This document shows positions 50,236-63,225 of a stretch of 64,000 nucleotides of DNA, piece after piece. Location: contig NC_058374.1 in the NCBI RefSeq assembly GCF_018350175.1, positions 101,680,001 through 101,744,000 on the forward strand, in the 5' to 3' direction. The notes under the pieces are model-generated. The model was not told the DNA's origin and did not search any database. It saw nothing but the letters and a program-made list of their open reading frames with translations. How positions within the stretch are numbered: the first letter of the stretch is position 1; each line of letters starts with the position of its first letter. The DNA is from Felis catus. Lineage: Eukaryota. Position numbers and translations under genes: made by a program.

Positions 50236-51599
50236 ACCTTATAAATGTCATTTCTAATATGAAATATAAAGAGCAAGACTGTTGTCATTTTTTTTAACTC
50301 TGCACATCTTCCTAGCCCAGAGCTTATCTCTTATACTGAACTTTGATGAAATTTCATTTAAAATTGTCATTGACTGGAAAAATTGAAGGCTACCCATGAG
50401 AACTCACTCGTGGAATTAACTCAGAAGATCCTTAAATCAAATTAATCTCTAAGCAGAGATAGAAAGCAAGTCTCAAAGATGGTTAAGAAGGATTTTTGAA
50501 TTAGTGCTACTATATTGTCCTTATTAGTAATTCACCACCACTATGAACAGGTCTATAATTTAAAAATCATGCTGACGTATGTAAGCCTACACATATTATG
50601 TGAAAAATACAAACCCTAGGTGGTGTTATTGTCATTATGCTTTAGGATAATGCCTTATGCTTTAGGATAATGATATGTACCTTTTAAGTAGGCCATATGA
50701 AAACATTATTCTCTTACCATTTAAAAAATATTTTAACTTTCTGTTTTCTTCTTCATTAGTGTTTGTAACACCCCTTAACTTGATTAATGCTCAGTATACT
50801 CAGTAACATTGGCTCATATTAAAAGAAAAACTGTGTTACCCTCTTTGCTCTATAATTGGAGCTCCCACCTCCATGAGGAAATTTTGGATGAGTATAATGG
50901 GGAGATATAGCTGAAAACCAGTATCTGGTATAATAGTAATTCCTCAGCACACTGTTATTTTGACAAAATTCTCAAATTGATAAAATTGTTAACTGAATTA
51001 ATTCTACCTGGTTGTTTTCAAATAAATGATTGCTTAGTCTTGGGAAGTATTTTCATTTCATTATTGAATGCTGCCCCAAGATTGAGGGTTTCTCACAGAT
51101 TGGTAGAAGATGAGAGAGCTCTAGTTTATAGGCTGTGAGTAATTTATTGGAAGTAAGGAAGTACCACTACCTTAATGCAGCTATAATGGTGGAAATTCAG
51201 AAGCAAGAAATAGTACAGTGGAGGGAGGGATGAGTTCTGAGCATATGGAGTCTTTGGGAAAGCTGGAGAGAAGACAGTTGTTAAGATTCGGTGAGAAAGA
51301 AGAAGATATCAATACTGGATTTGGGGAAAGTAGAGTAAGGGAAGATTCAGGAAAGGAACATATTGGTGGGACAAATATTGAGACGGTTAAAGTCTATGTG
51401 ATATAGAACGGGAAGATAGAAGCATTAAATGATGGACAAGATCTGTCTTATCTTCCCAGCTTTGTTTCATATGTTTATTATTTTGTCCTTTAAACACCTA
51501 TAGCACTTTGCGCACGTAAAGTGCGCATGATTCTCTTTTGCTGCTTTAAACCACCACACCTACACTTGGAGCTCACTGCATAAAAAGGAAAACCGATGT

Positions 51600-52095
51600 C
51601 CCATCTTTAGCTGCCTTAGATCTGAACTCACTTTGCAAGTTTACAAATCGGATCATGTCATATTTTTGCACAAATGACTGCATTGGCTTTCCATTGGTCC
51701 TATGAGAAAAACCGATATTCAGAAAGGGACCTATAAGATTCTGCATGACTTAATTCTGCCTATCTCCCCAACCTTATCACTCCCTGTTTCTATAAGCTTC
51801 TCTCTTCCCCTTTCTTTGCCCCTGGTTCACTGGCTTGTTATCTTTTCTTCAAGGCCTATTTCAGGGTCTTTGTGCATGGTCTTTCTTCTCTTCCTTTGTG
51901 CCTCTTCTCCTCCTCTTTCAGACTTCAGCTTAACATTCACCTCCTCCTTTCACAGCACTTAACAGAATTGGTAAACACATATTTGTGTAACATTATTATC
52001 TATCTCCATTGGAACCAGGCTTGAATATATTTCCAGGAATCGTAAAAGTTTGGACACGCCTAGCAAGCAGTAAGAGATTTAGTAAAAACATATTT
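51600..52095 (+). mobile_element. Degenerate L2
   Basis: tcggatcatgtca...ctgcatgacttaattctgcctatctc...tcagggtctttgtgcatgg. Confidence 0.55.
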
Positions 52096-52329
52096 GCAAA
52101 GGGCAGAGAGTATCCTTAGAGAAAACTCATTTTAAGCAATACATTCCCAATGGAGGAGGGATAAAGCAACACTTCTCCAAAGAGGCACATCTGAATTACA
52201 TGGAGGTGGGTATCCTTAGCTGTCGTGTAGACTGATACACCCTTCTCCAGAGATGTGGCCCAGTGAAAGCACACATTAAAGTAGTTTAGCTATTGTTTGT
52301 CCATGATGGAAAGATGGTATATATTTCAG

Positions 52330-54482
52330 GGGTGGGAAGTAGAAAAGATCCAATACCTCCTCTCCATTCTGCAATCTCAGTTTCTTATTATACTGAAGAA
52401 AATAAAAAGTAATCAGCAAATAATTTCCATCACATCTGCCATTACATATCTACTATTACCATGGATTAAATGCACTTGCCCTTATAGAAGACTAACTCTC
52501 TTGTTTTCTCACTTGATTTTTATCCCCCCCCCTTTACCTAAGAATATTTCTCCATTAATTTCCCTTTCTCTGTCCAGTATTTTCATTTTTTCCCCATTTT
52601 ACTGGGTCAGTCCCATAGAAATAAAACACGCCATGAGAGCAATCATGCTAAAAACAAAGCAACTTCCTTGACACAGTATTTATCTGTAACTGTCCCTCTA
52701 CCCTGCCATTCTCCAAAATCCTATTCAACAAAACTCTATGAAAAGGTCTATAGTCTGTCAAATTTTTCTCCTCACATTTTTCCTTGAATTTCCTTTAATT
52801 AGTATCTCACCCATGCTATCCCTCCAAAACACATAAATGTTACTAAAGACCTCCAAATTGCTAAATCCAGTCAACTTCATCTTGTGAAAAATCTTGAAGA
52901 GAATTTGACACTTGATTATCCCTTCCTTCTCAAAACAGGTTTTTCATACAGCTTTCAAAACACTATAGTTCTCTTTTCTTGCTGACTTTTCCTCTGAGTC
53001 TTTTTTATTGGTTTCTTCACATTACCCTGACCCCACAATGCTGCAATGCCACAGAGCTCAGTTGAACTTGTATAGCTATGCCCACTCTCTAGAAGGACCT
53101 TATACAGCCTCATGGCCTTCAAAAAGTCTGAAATCCACCAAAGATTTCCAAATATATATACTTAGGGACATATTCATGTAAACTACTTGCCTTTCGACAC
53201 CTGGACATCTAATAGATACCGCAGACTTAATAAGTAAAAAATCATACTGCTAATGTTCTTCTCTCTTCCCCCAACCTGCTTCTACCATGCAGTTCAGCAG
53301 CTGCGGAGGCCCCTTTAAGATGTAGGTCAGGACAGGTCACTCCTTTGCTCAAGGCTTTTCAACTGCTTTCTTATCTTACCTTGAGTAAAATCCAGATTAC
53401 TTATAGTGGCTTATAGACACCTGAATCAATCATCTCCTGCCTTTTACTTTTCTGGCCTCGTGTCCTACTACTATGTACTGTGTTTCCCCCAATTTCATAT
53501 TTGTCTGTGTGGCATCCACTAATCACAGGGACAAATTAATGGCCAAGCCTTCTTATAACCCTCTGTAATTCAGTTTTCACAGGCACCTGAAAATTGTATT
53601 GCAAACCCTCCAGCCATTCCTGAGCCCATATTTCCTGAGCCTCCTATACCTAACTTCCACAGCAAGCCAATATTTCTCCTGCCCCAAACCAAATGAGGGC
53701 CAGACATCAGAAAACTACAGACAGCCCCAACGTTCCAAAATCTGCTAGAAGTATTGAAACTAGCCAATCCTAAGCTGTTTACCCTTCCCTGTCTGACCTT
53801 TCACACAGAAATCCCAGTGACAGCTGTGTTCTGTGCTTTCCCCTCACTCAAGCCTCCACCTCCTGATCAACACTAGTCTTCCCAGTGTGGCTTTGTGTGG
53901 TGTAGCATGTCGTTTTCCCTGGAACTGTCAGCAATGAATTCTTTCACTGATACTTTCCAATCTGTGTCATCACTAGGTCACCTTAATAAATTAAGACCCA
54001 AGCACAAATCACATGGTTACCTCACTTACTCCCCTCCGGCCTCATTGGCCAATCTTTTTACTCTTCCTCAAATAAACCAAGCACTCTCCCTTCTCAGGTC
54101 CTTTGTCCTGCTCTTTCATTTGCCTGGAATTCTCCTCTCCCATTTATTCACATGGTTCAGTGCTTCTTTTCTTTCAGGATTTGCTCAAATATCATCTTAT
54201 CAGCAAGGCCTTCACTGAGTCCCCCTTAAAGATAGCCCTTCCCCTTCACCCCACCCCAACCCTAAGTTGACACTATCCTCCTTAGTATTCTTTGTTTTCC
54301 CATAAAATGTCATCTGAAGTATCTCCTATTTGCTTTTCTAGAAACATAGCCAGAACATAAGCTCCATGAGGAAAAGAGATTTGTTCACAATATATCTCCA
54401 GGGTCTAGAACAGTTTTTGGATAAAATAGGTTTTCAAGAAATATTTATTGGTTGGGTGAATGAATGAATGAATGAATGAGTA
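52330..54482 (+). mobile_element. L2a 3' region, interrupted by an LTR at ~53474-54020
   Basis: gacctccaaattgctaaatcca, cctcatggccttca, ctggacatctaatag; resumes at 54021 and ends tatttattggttgggt(gaat)n, the L2 terminus. Confidence 0.8.
53474..54020 (+). mobile_element. MER74/MER73-like ERVL LTR
   Basis: agggccagacatcagaaaactacagacagcccc...ttgaaactagccaatcctaagctg...gtgtggctttgtgtggtgtagc...ggaactgt. Confidence 0.75.
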
Positions 54483-55497
54483 AATGGAGTATGGCCACTT
54501 CCAGGTCAGTTTAAGACGCTATGAACAATAAGTGATCGGAAACTAAATATTAACCCTTGTCCCTGTATGCCTGCTGTAATGATCCCATCTTGTCCCTATT
54601 CCTCATCAACCATAGGTAAACACATGCTTCAATCCAATATGGGAGGAGATTGAATACATTTAAAAGTGAAAGAGAAAAGCTAATTACATAGAAAAGGATT
54701 CCCATGATAAAGTAATAACTAAAGCAACAAAATACAGCAAAAAAGGGAGACAAATAGTCCCCTGGGGCTACCCTTGGCTGGCTGATCGAGTGGCGGTGGC
54801 ATTCAGTAAGACCCCAAGGGGCCCAGGTGACATGAAGACACTAGAAATTAACTGGCATTCTATTTGTTCCAGTATCTTGCAACAGGATGTTGAATTGAGT
54901 TATGTTCAGAAATGTTACATAAAATGGAAACAAAAATCTGACACAAGTCTTGATGCTACATAGTATGTTGAGGGCTTTCCTTTCACAGATGGTGCCGGCT
55001 TCTCTGTCACGTAGAGAAACATAAACTACTCAGATGTTTTCTTTCTAATATTCATATACACTGGGTAGTATACCATGTTATACTTCCTCTTCTTTCTAGG
55101 TGGCAACAAATTGATCATCATATGATTTCTTTATTTTTTCATTCAGATATAAAATTTAATTTCTGGATTAATTCTCCCTCCTTTTGTCATGCTAATCTTT
55201 CCCAAGATTGAGAACTCATTCTGGCCCCCAAAATATACATTTTTACATATTATTTCCAGCCATATACTTTATATATAAACATTGAGTGATTCTATACATG
55301 AATATGCAGATAGGCTTTTTAATGGTTGTGGTCTTTGGTGGTTTCTCAGCTGGGTTACTAAAACCTAAAACCAAGGCAAGTGATTACTGCTCTTTAGTTA
55401 ATCTGGCGTTTACAGAGTACAATTTTTCATATTTGACCTTTAAAAAAATTCATTAAGTGAAAATTTATTAAATGTTGTGTAGGCCTTGTTAGATACC

Positions 55498-55719
55498 ATT
55501 TTTTAAAAATGTTTATTTTATTTTGAGAGAGAGACAGAGAGAGAGCACGCATGCGTACAAGCAGGGGAGGGGCAGAGAGAGGAAGAGAGAATCCCAAGCA
55601 GGATCTGGCTGTCAGCATGTGGAGCCTGAAGCAGGACTTGGTCTCATAGACCCTGAGATCATGACCTGAACCAAAATCAAGAGTTGGGTGCTTCAGTGAC
55701 TGAGCCACCCAGGTACCCC
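55498..55719 (-). mobile_element. CanSINE
   Basis: gagatcatgacctgaaccaaaatcaagagttgg...gactgagccacccaggtacccc. Confidence 0.95.
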
Positions 55720-56338
55720 TTAGGTAACCTTTTACGGCAGAAAGAATAAAACCATGTACATCTATACTGTTATCCAGTTGATATGGTTGTTAGTGTTATA
55801 AAACTACATCATTTAGAAACTCAAATACAAGTATGAACACAAATGACTGATTGTCAAGTAGAAACATCAAATTAATGTGACAGGTGGTTGCAGCCAAGCT
55901 ATTTCTCCCTTCAACTGTCTTGTTTGTTTTTCATTCCCCACTTTCACTTCCTAATTTTGAGATTGGTTGGCTCTCTTCTCAACCATCTCTACCATTTTTC
56001 TTTTTTAATACTCTTTAATATAGCTAATAGAATATTTCTACATCAGTGTACTAAACATGTATGTTCCTGCTAAAAATCTTCTGCAGGTGCCCCATTGTCA
56101 GTAAAATAAAGCCCATTCCCTGGTATGGAACCCAGGCCCTCCCAGTTTCACTCCCCAGAGCTTTTATCTCTTGCTTTTATCCTTCCTCTGCATTGCCCTT
56201 TCCTCAAATCATGATGTGTGTCGAACTTTCTACATGATCTGAACTTTTTTAGAAAACCTCTGTGTTTTGCTCAAGCTGTTTTCTCTGACTAAAAGGTGTG
56301 GATGCTGTTCTTCTTTTAAAATGGTCACCTCTTTTAAA

Positions 56339-56560
56339 GGGGTGCCTGGGTGGCTCAGTCGGTTGAGGTCCGACTTGGCTCAGGTCATGATCTCATGGTC
56401 CATGAGTCCCAGCCCCCTGTCGGGCTGTGTGCTGACAGCTCGGAGCCCAGAGCCTGCTTCAGATTCTGTGTCTCCCTCTCTCTCTGACCCTCCCCTGTTC
56501 ATGCTCTGTCTGTCTCTGTCTCAAAAATAAATAAACGTTAAAAAAAATTAAAAACTAAAT
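56339..56560 (+). mobile_element. CanSINE (SINEC_Fc)
   Basis: ggggtgcctgggtggctcagtcggttgag; TSD aaaatggtcacctcttt/aaaacggccacctcttt. Confidence 0.97.
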
Positions 56561-57919
56561 AAAACGGCCACCTCTTTCATGCAGTCTTCCTCCCTACCAC
56601 TAGTTAGAATTAGCTGTCTGTAATTTTTACCTGTAGTGTTTTCATAGCACTTACAACATTCATTATTTCATTTTAATTGCTTATTTCAATTGCTTATCAC
56701 ATTTCACATTAAACTACATGTTTGAAGCCAGACTATTTTCCATCCGTAGCCAGTTTTGATCCTTGAATATAAAAGACCCTTAAATATTTATCAAATCAGA
56801 AAGGATATAGTTATATTTAATATAATGAAGTTAAATAATCTTTCCTGTCTTCATGAGCATCCATATGTTTGATTTATTTTTTACTCTTTTCCTGTCTTTG
56901 AAGCAGCCTGGCTAGGAACTAGCACATACATCTCGCTGACAGGCCTTCTGTCAACATTTTCTCAGAAAGATCTCATTTTGAATTTTTAATGTCTCGGGCT
57001 AGTGTAGTATTGAGTAATACTACATTTTTAAATGCAGAGATCATAAGAATCGGTGATTAATAATAATTAATTACTTGGTAAATTGCCAGGTAAATTGATA
57101 AATGTAAACACACTCCCCACAGATGATTGCCTCACTTTTTTTATGTCTCTTATTGTGGCCTCAGTTTCCTGTTCCGAAATATGACATAGGTGATCCCTTC
57201 CAACCTGTGCGTCCTGCTCGAGTAGTATTGTCTGTCCAGACCTGGTTCAATTTTGCCACTTTTATTTTCATATTCCAAAGTTGATTAAAAACGGAGTAAA
57301 CAATCATGATAGAAACATTGTTTTCATTAAAACAATGATCATAGTATTAACTATCCAGCCCCTTTTGCTGGAGGACAACAGATGGACTCTTGGGTGGGCA
57401 CACAGTTCCACACCCATCCTGAATGAGCGAGCCAGCTTGCCAGAATCGCCTCTCATCTGTCTTGAGAACTGATTGAAATTATGGATGGGAAACGGTTTAG
57501 TAAGGCCTAACGCACTCGCCACATCTAGGGGATCATTATTATTACTGTTGTCATCAGCTTTGTAGTGTGATTATATGGCCGTGCCTTTTTTGTTTTGAAC
57601 AAATTTACTAGCACTTATACATCTGAATGAGTTTTCGCCTCTTCAAATAATATTTAGGAAGGTATTCACTTACTGAAAAAATGCTATTATTCCTCAAACA
57701 TGATGTAGAATCCATTCAAAAATAGAGAGTCATTGATAGTGGTCCCACGGTGACTTTAAACAAAACTAGTTGTCTGTATGGCATAATTGTACACATTAAA
57801 GCTACATAATGCTAAATACATAATTCTGGACAATTAGAAATTTAATGAAGAACGAAGTAGAGATCGGGAACTTAACTTCACAATAAAAGAGACTATTTGA
57901 CTTTTTTTTTTTTTTTGGT

Positions 57920-58632
57920 CTTCTGACATGATGCAGTAAGAACTAACTATACAATACAACCTATGAAATATTCTCACCATGAGTTTGAACCTGAGTCTGA
58001 TCAGCATCTAGCTCTAAATACCAAATTAGAGGAGAAACACAAGAGAAAGAAATATTAAATGGTAAGGAGGAGATACAATTAGCAAAATCCACAATTCAGA
58101 TAATTCTATAGGACAAATAATCCATTTTCTTTGACTAATCAAAAGGAGTAGGGAAAAAGAAAGAGGACCTAGGAATTGTGAGAGATTGAAAGAAATTTAA
58201 GTGACAGATCAAACAAGTCCTAAATTTAGTTGAACTTGTGTGGACACTAAATTTAAACAAATCAACTATTAAAAGACATTTATGAGACAATTGAGGACAG
58301 TTGAACACTGATGGGATATTTGATAGTATCAACAAATCAATTTTGTTTTGAATTTACATGTAATAATATAAATGGTTTATTGTTATATTATGAAAAGGTG
58401 TACATTTTTCAGCAGTACATACAGAAATATTTACTAATGAATCTTACATTGTTTAGAATATGCCTTTGTATGCTCTAACAGTGTAGAATGAAAAAGAGAA
58501 GTAAAAGAGGAGAGAAGAATACAGAATATGATAATTGAAGAAGATGAACTATGGGTCAATTGTTACTAATTATACTGTTCCCTCGAATTTTGTATAGATT
58601 TGAAATTTTTCATAGTAAAAAGTTTAAAATAA
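57920..58632 (+). mobile_element. Old L1 (L1MC/ME-like) 3' UTR
   Basis: agcaaaatccacaattcagataattctataggacaaataatcc...aaaagacatttatgagacaattg...tttgaaatttttcatagtaaaaagttt. Confidence 0.75.
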
Positions 58633-58873
58633 ACACACAAAGTAGGCATATAAAGAGAAGAGGAGTGAGAATATTTCTGGACTTCACAGTATCCCAGATT
58701 GCCTCCTGCCCTTGCGTTGCATGAGATATCCTCAAATGTGTCTCTTGAAATTAAATTCGCACCGAGGTTCTATTTGCCTCGGTGAGTCCCTAATGAATAC
58801 ATTGAGCCAGCCAAAAAGAATGCTCATGAGCTTCCTTAGTAATCATATTAGAGAACTAAAAATGTTTCAGTCC

Positions 58874-59075
58874 AGGAGCACCTGGGTGGCTCCATAGGTT
58901 AGGCGGCCGACTTCAGCTCAGGTCATGATCTTGTGGTTTGTGAGTTCTAGTCCCGCATCAGCCTGTCTGCTGTCAGAACAGAGCCCGCTTTGGATCCTCT
59001 GTCCCTCTCCCCCTCTCCCTCTGCCCCTTCCCTGCTCATGCTCTCTCTCTCTCAAAAATGAATAAACAGTTAAAA
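58874..59075 (+). mobile_element. CanSINE
   Basis: gcacctgggtggctc...cttcagctcaggtcatgatc; TSD core aaaaatgtttca. Confidence 0.95.
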
Positions 59076-59266
59076 AATGTTTCACTCTATTTTAAAAATA
59101 CTCTATAAAAAGTAATGCTTTATATAAATATCACTGTTTCCATTAAAGTGTCAATCATAGCCTTAGATACATATTGGGCATATTTATAATCTAAAATGGA
59201 ATTAAATAAAATTGAGACTATTGGAGCATCACTAAGAGAAAAAGAAAAAGCTAGAAATACTCAAAT

Positions 59267-59510
59267 CAGTGATTCTCAACCAAGGATGACTTTGCCCACC
59301 AGGAGACATTTTGCAATGTCTGTAGACATTTTTGATCATCACAACTTTGGGGAATGAGTGGGAAGAACCAGGGCAGGGGCGGGGAGGGGGGGCGCTACTG
59401 GTATCTAATGGATAAAAGACAAGGATGCTGCTAAACATCCTGCAATGTACAGGACAGCCTCCTTCCCTGCCCCCACATACAACCAAGAATTACCCAGTTC
59501 AAACTCACTA
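59267..59510. mobile_element. MER20 (hAT-Charlie)
   Basis: cagtgattctcaacc...gacattttgcaatgtctgtagacatttttg...gctactggtatcta...ggatgctgctaaacatcctgcaatgtacaggacagcc. Confidence 0.92.
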
Positions 59511-60624
59511 GTTAAGTGATATTACTTTAAATGTGAAGCAGCCAGACACTCCTCGAATTTCTTCATTTATTTTAACACCTCTTAATGTGTCGATCACTAC
59601 ATACATTATGTACATCATACATGAAAATATAGAAAACAAATCTGTTTTTTGTTTTAATTAAGTTTGGAAAACAGATAAACTGTAACCCTGAAGAAGATAG
59701 TCAATAATGATTATTTTTCTAGCAAATCAAAAACTGCTTTTTGCTACCTTTAAAATTATATCTTTTCACACATTTGGAGTCACTAATCTTTGCTCGCTTG
59801 ATGAGTTATAAGTAGTAATTTTTTATCTGTCCAAGTTATAGGTCATTACTATATTGATTTTCAGCTGACCTAGGACATGATTTATCAAAAGTGTGAAAAT
59901 GTGTGTTTTAGATGTTTCTAGTTGGAGCTTTATTTCATTTTGCAGCCTCTAGACAAATACTATACTAATCATTTAAAGACTGTCAAAGTTGCTTCAGTTA
60001 TCTCTTATAATAACAGTATAAATTTCATTTATAATTAGCACAGAAAATGTACTGTTAAGAAAGCAGCTTCTTGTCTCTGTGGCGTCTTAAAGATTTAATT
60101 TAGAAGATAAATTTCTTATTTAAAAAACCAATATGTTTTTCAGATATTAAAACAAAAGGAAAAGAAGAACTAATATTCTTTCCCTTACTACCTATTATTG
60201 TATAAATAATACGTGTCACCTTTTAGCGGGGATGGGAATACTCTTACTTAAGATACTTAAAAAAATACTTTATAAAAATATGCCATGAATTTAAAGACCT
60301 ACCCAAAGGATATTTTACTCTTACAACCACTCTTAAGATTTTCTTGTAATTCTTTTCCCAGACTGATCCTTGTAGACACGTGGTTATATGTGAGCATGCT
60401 CTTATATTTTAGATATGTCTTTTGTAAATGATATTGCTACATTTTACTTTCTTATCCTATCTTTCTCTTTCAACTGCTGAATTTAGTTTATTTTAAAATA
60501 AATGGTATATTAATACCTGCAACCACTTCTTCCATCTCATTGTGTAGATTCTTCTTGTGTGTTTTCCCTTTATTTAGGTATTTCCTCCTTATTTATTGCT
60601 TTTTTTTTAATTAAGATTTTTGGT

Positions 60625-60842
60625 TTTTTTTTCATGTGTATTTACAATTTTTTGAGAGAGAGACAGAGAAAGACTGTGCACCCTTACTAACAAGAGAGGG
60701 GCAGAGAGAGAGGTAGACAGGATCTGAAGCGGGCTCTGTGCCGACAGCAGAGAGCCCAATGCGGGATTCGAACTGACAAACCATGAGATCATGGCCTGAG
60801 CTGCAAGCAGATGCTTAGCCGACTGAGCCACCCAGGCACCCC
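60625..60842 (-). mobile_element. CanSINE
   Basis: ggatctgaagcgggctctgtgccgacagc...gactgagccacccaggcacccc. Confidence 0.95.
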
Positions 60843-61054
60843 AAGGTTTTAGTTTTAAATTCTATTTTGCCCCCTAATTAATTTTGGGAAAACACTTCCT
60901 ATTTCTGTTATTTATTCATCCTGATTTTCACATGCATGCTTAAAATCTGCTGTTAATACCTCCATGATATTCTTGGACCTTAGACAATTTTACAGTCACC
61001 CCAGTCTTACATGTCATTAATTACAAAACTATAATCCTAACTTCCATTTTTTTT

Positions 61055-61436
61055 ACCACAATCTAAGTGATTTAAATAACAGAAATTTGTTGTCTCAAAG
61101 TTTTGGATTCTAGATATCCAGAATCAAGGTTTGGTCGGATTGGTTCTTCCTGAGGGCTGGGAGAGGAGGATCTGTTTCAGCCACTCTGCTTGGCTTGTAG
61201 AGGTCATCCTTTCCCTATGTTTCTTTGTATCACCTTCCCTCTATGCATGTCATTGTGTCCAAATTTCCCCCTTTCATAAAGACTCCAGTCAGATTAGGGC
61301 CCACCCCATGACCTTGTTATGACCTTGATTATGTCTGTAAAGACCTTATGTCAAAGTAGTGTCAAGTTCTGAGTGACTAGAGGTTAATAATGACTTTAAT
61401 ATGTGAATGCTAGTGGACACAGTTCAACCCATAACA
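61055..61436 (-). mobile_element. MLT1B-like MaLR LTR
   Basis: aacagaaatttgttgtctca...ggttcttcctgagggctg...gattagggcccacccc...cacagttcaacccataaca. Confidence 0.85.
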
Positions 61437-61844
61437 CTACCCAAATTTGGCATTATCATGATGAAAACGATCAACTTTTGTTGTTAATGTTTCTTTAAAT
61501 TTATTCATGGTCATTTTCTTTGCTCTAAAATGAAATGTTTGATTCTAAGATGTTTCTGGATCTGTTTCCTTGCTTTCCCCCAAACAAGTGGTTTTAATGA
61601 GGTTTTATTTGTAATAAAGTACTCACCTTTATCTGAAAATGTCTGTAATTTTGCCCTAGCTCTTGAATGATTGTTTATTTGTGGACTTGATTCTGTGTTG
61701 ACAGTTAATTTATTTTGGAAGTTTGAAGGTTTTGTTTTGTCTTTTGGCTTCCTTTGTTGCTATGGGAAGTCTTTTTTATGCCTATGTGCATATTACATCT
61801 TTTCCCCATAATTACTTGGAAATCCCCCCATTTTTATCATGTTT

Positions 61845-62186
61845 TTTAAAAAANNNNNNNNNNNNNNNNNNNNNNNNNNNNNNNNNNNNNNNNNNNNNNN
61901 NNNNNNNNNNNNNNNNNNNNNNNNNNNNNNNNNNNNNNNNNNNNNNNNNNNNNNNNNNNNNNNNNNNNNNNNNNNNNNNNNNNNNNNNNNNNNNNNNNNN
62001 NNNNNNNNNNNNNNNNNNNNNNNNNNNNNNNNNAGGGCAGAGAGAGGGGGGTGGGGAGATAGAGGATCTGAAGCAGGCTCTGCACTGTCAGCACCCAGCC
62101 AGATGCTGGGACCGAACTTATGAACTGTGAGATCATGACCTGAGCCAAAGTCAAACACTTAAGCAGCTGACCCACCCACGTGCCCC
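61845..62186 (-). mobile_element. CanSINE spanning an assembly gap, inserted in old L1M-like sequence (~61450-62480)
   Basis: ggatctgaagcaggctctgcactgtcagc...gtgagatcatgacctgagcc. Confidence 0.9.
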
Positions 62187-62588
62187 TGAAATCCTCCCCT
62201 TTTTAAAGTGAATTTTGAGTGTAACAAGTTTAGGTTTCGATTCATTTTTATGCATTCATCCTGGGATTGGTTGAGCTCCCTGTACCTTAAGCATCATATC
62301 TCTTTAAATTCTAAAAGGGTTCACACATTATTGCTTTGAGATTTTGTTTTTCCTTGTTTCTTTGTATTCTGCTCTTTAAACTGGAAGACATGTCTCATCC
62401 TCTCTCATGTTTTTTCTTCTTTGTTTTATATCTATCTCTATTTTTCTGTGATTTTTGAAAATATTTCTTAGTTTTTTTTGTGAATGTATTTCTGTATTTG
62501 TAAGTATGTGTTGAATTGTATCTAAGGTACGGATTTGTTCGCTAAGGTTTTTTAAGAAAATTCAGTTTTACATAAATGTTTATCTTTG

Positions 62589-63225
62589 CAGGGCTCAAGA
62601 CAAGTGTGCAAATAGAAACCTATATATTATATCTCTACATATTTAAAACACTATAGGCCATTAAATAAAATAAGTTCTATCTTCCAGTTTTAACAAATAA
62701 ACCTTCATAATGATGTGAAAGGCCAAGTTTTGAATTTAGAATGCTTGGACTCTTCATTTTCTGTGCTACAAAGAAAGCCATCTTCTGGCCCTAGGGCCCC
62801 CGGCCTGTGTCCTGCTCTCCTTCTCTGTCCGTAATTGCATTCATCCCATAATATGGGGGAATCCCCTCAGGCATGTGTTGACATGGCATCCGTGCATCCA
62901 GGCTCCATCCCTGACCCTATTCACAGCTTTCCCTTAGACACCCCTCCAGCCTAGTGATATGAATACCAGTTGCTAAATCTGCTCTTAGGATGATCAACAC
63001 AAAGTGTGGGACAGGTTAAAGCCACATAGACATGGAATTTGGGTTCCTGTGTACCGGGAGGATGATCTAGAAGAAAAGGATGAGAGACTCCAACTGGGCA
63101 GGTCTCCTTGAATCCATATTCCCTACACTTTGAAGATGGGTGTGGCAGGAAAAGAACCATTTCAGGCTCTTCAAAGTGCTGTACTCGGGCATGGGCCTCT
63201 CATGCATAGACCTAGAACCATTATT
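62589..63225. mobile_element. MER45-like (hAT-Tip100) element
   Basis: cagggctcaagacaagtgtgcaaatagaaacc...ttctatcttcc...ccttcataatga...aaggccaagtt...tttagaat, then a CpG-decayed GC-rich body. Confidence 0.65.

Larger units (their letters stand above)
1139..62033. other. Eight assembly gaps: 1139-1270, 4894-5168, 7425-7572, 13137-13265, 34963-35115, 35211-35338, 48363-48518, 61854-62033
   Basis: N runs; at least five fall inside recognisable SINE/L1 copies. Confidence 0.98.

Noticed and set aside
56339-56420. tRNA-like A/B boxes
   Set aside because: They are tRNA-derived SINE heads, not tRNA genes.
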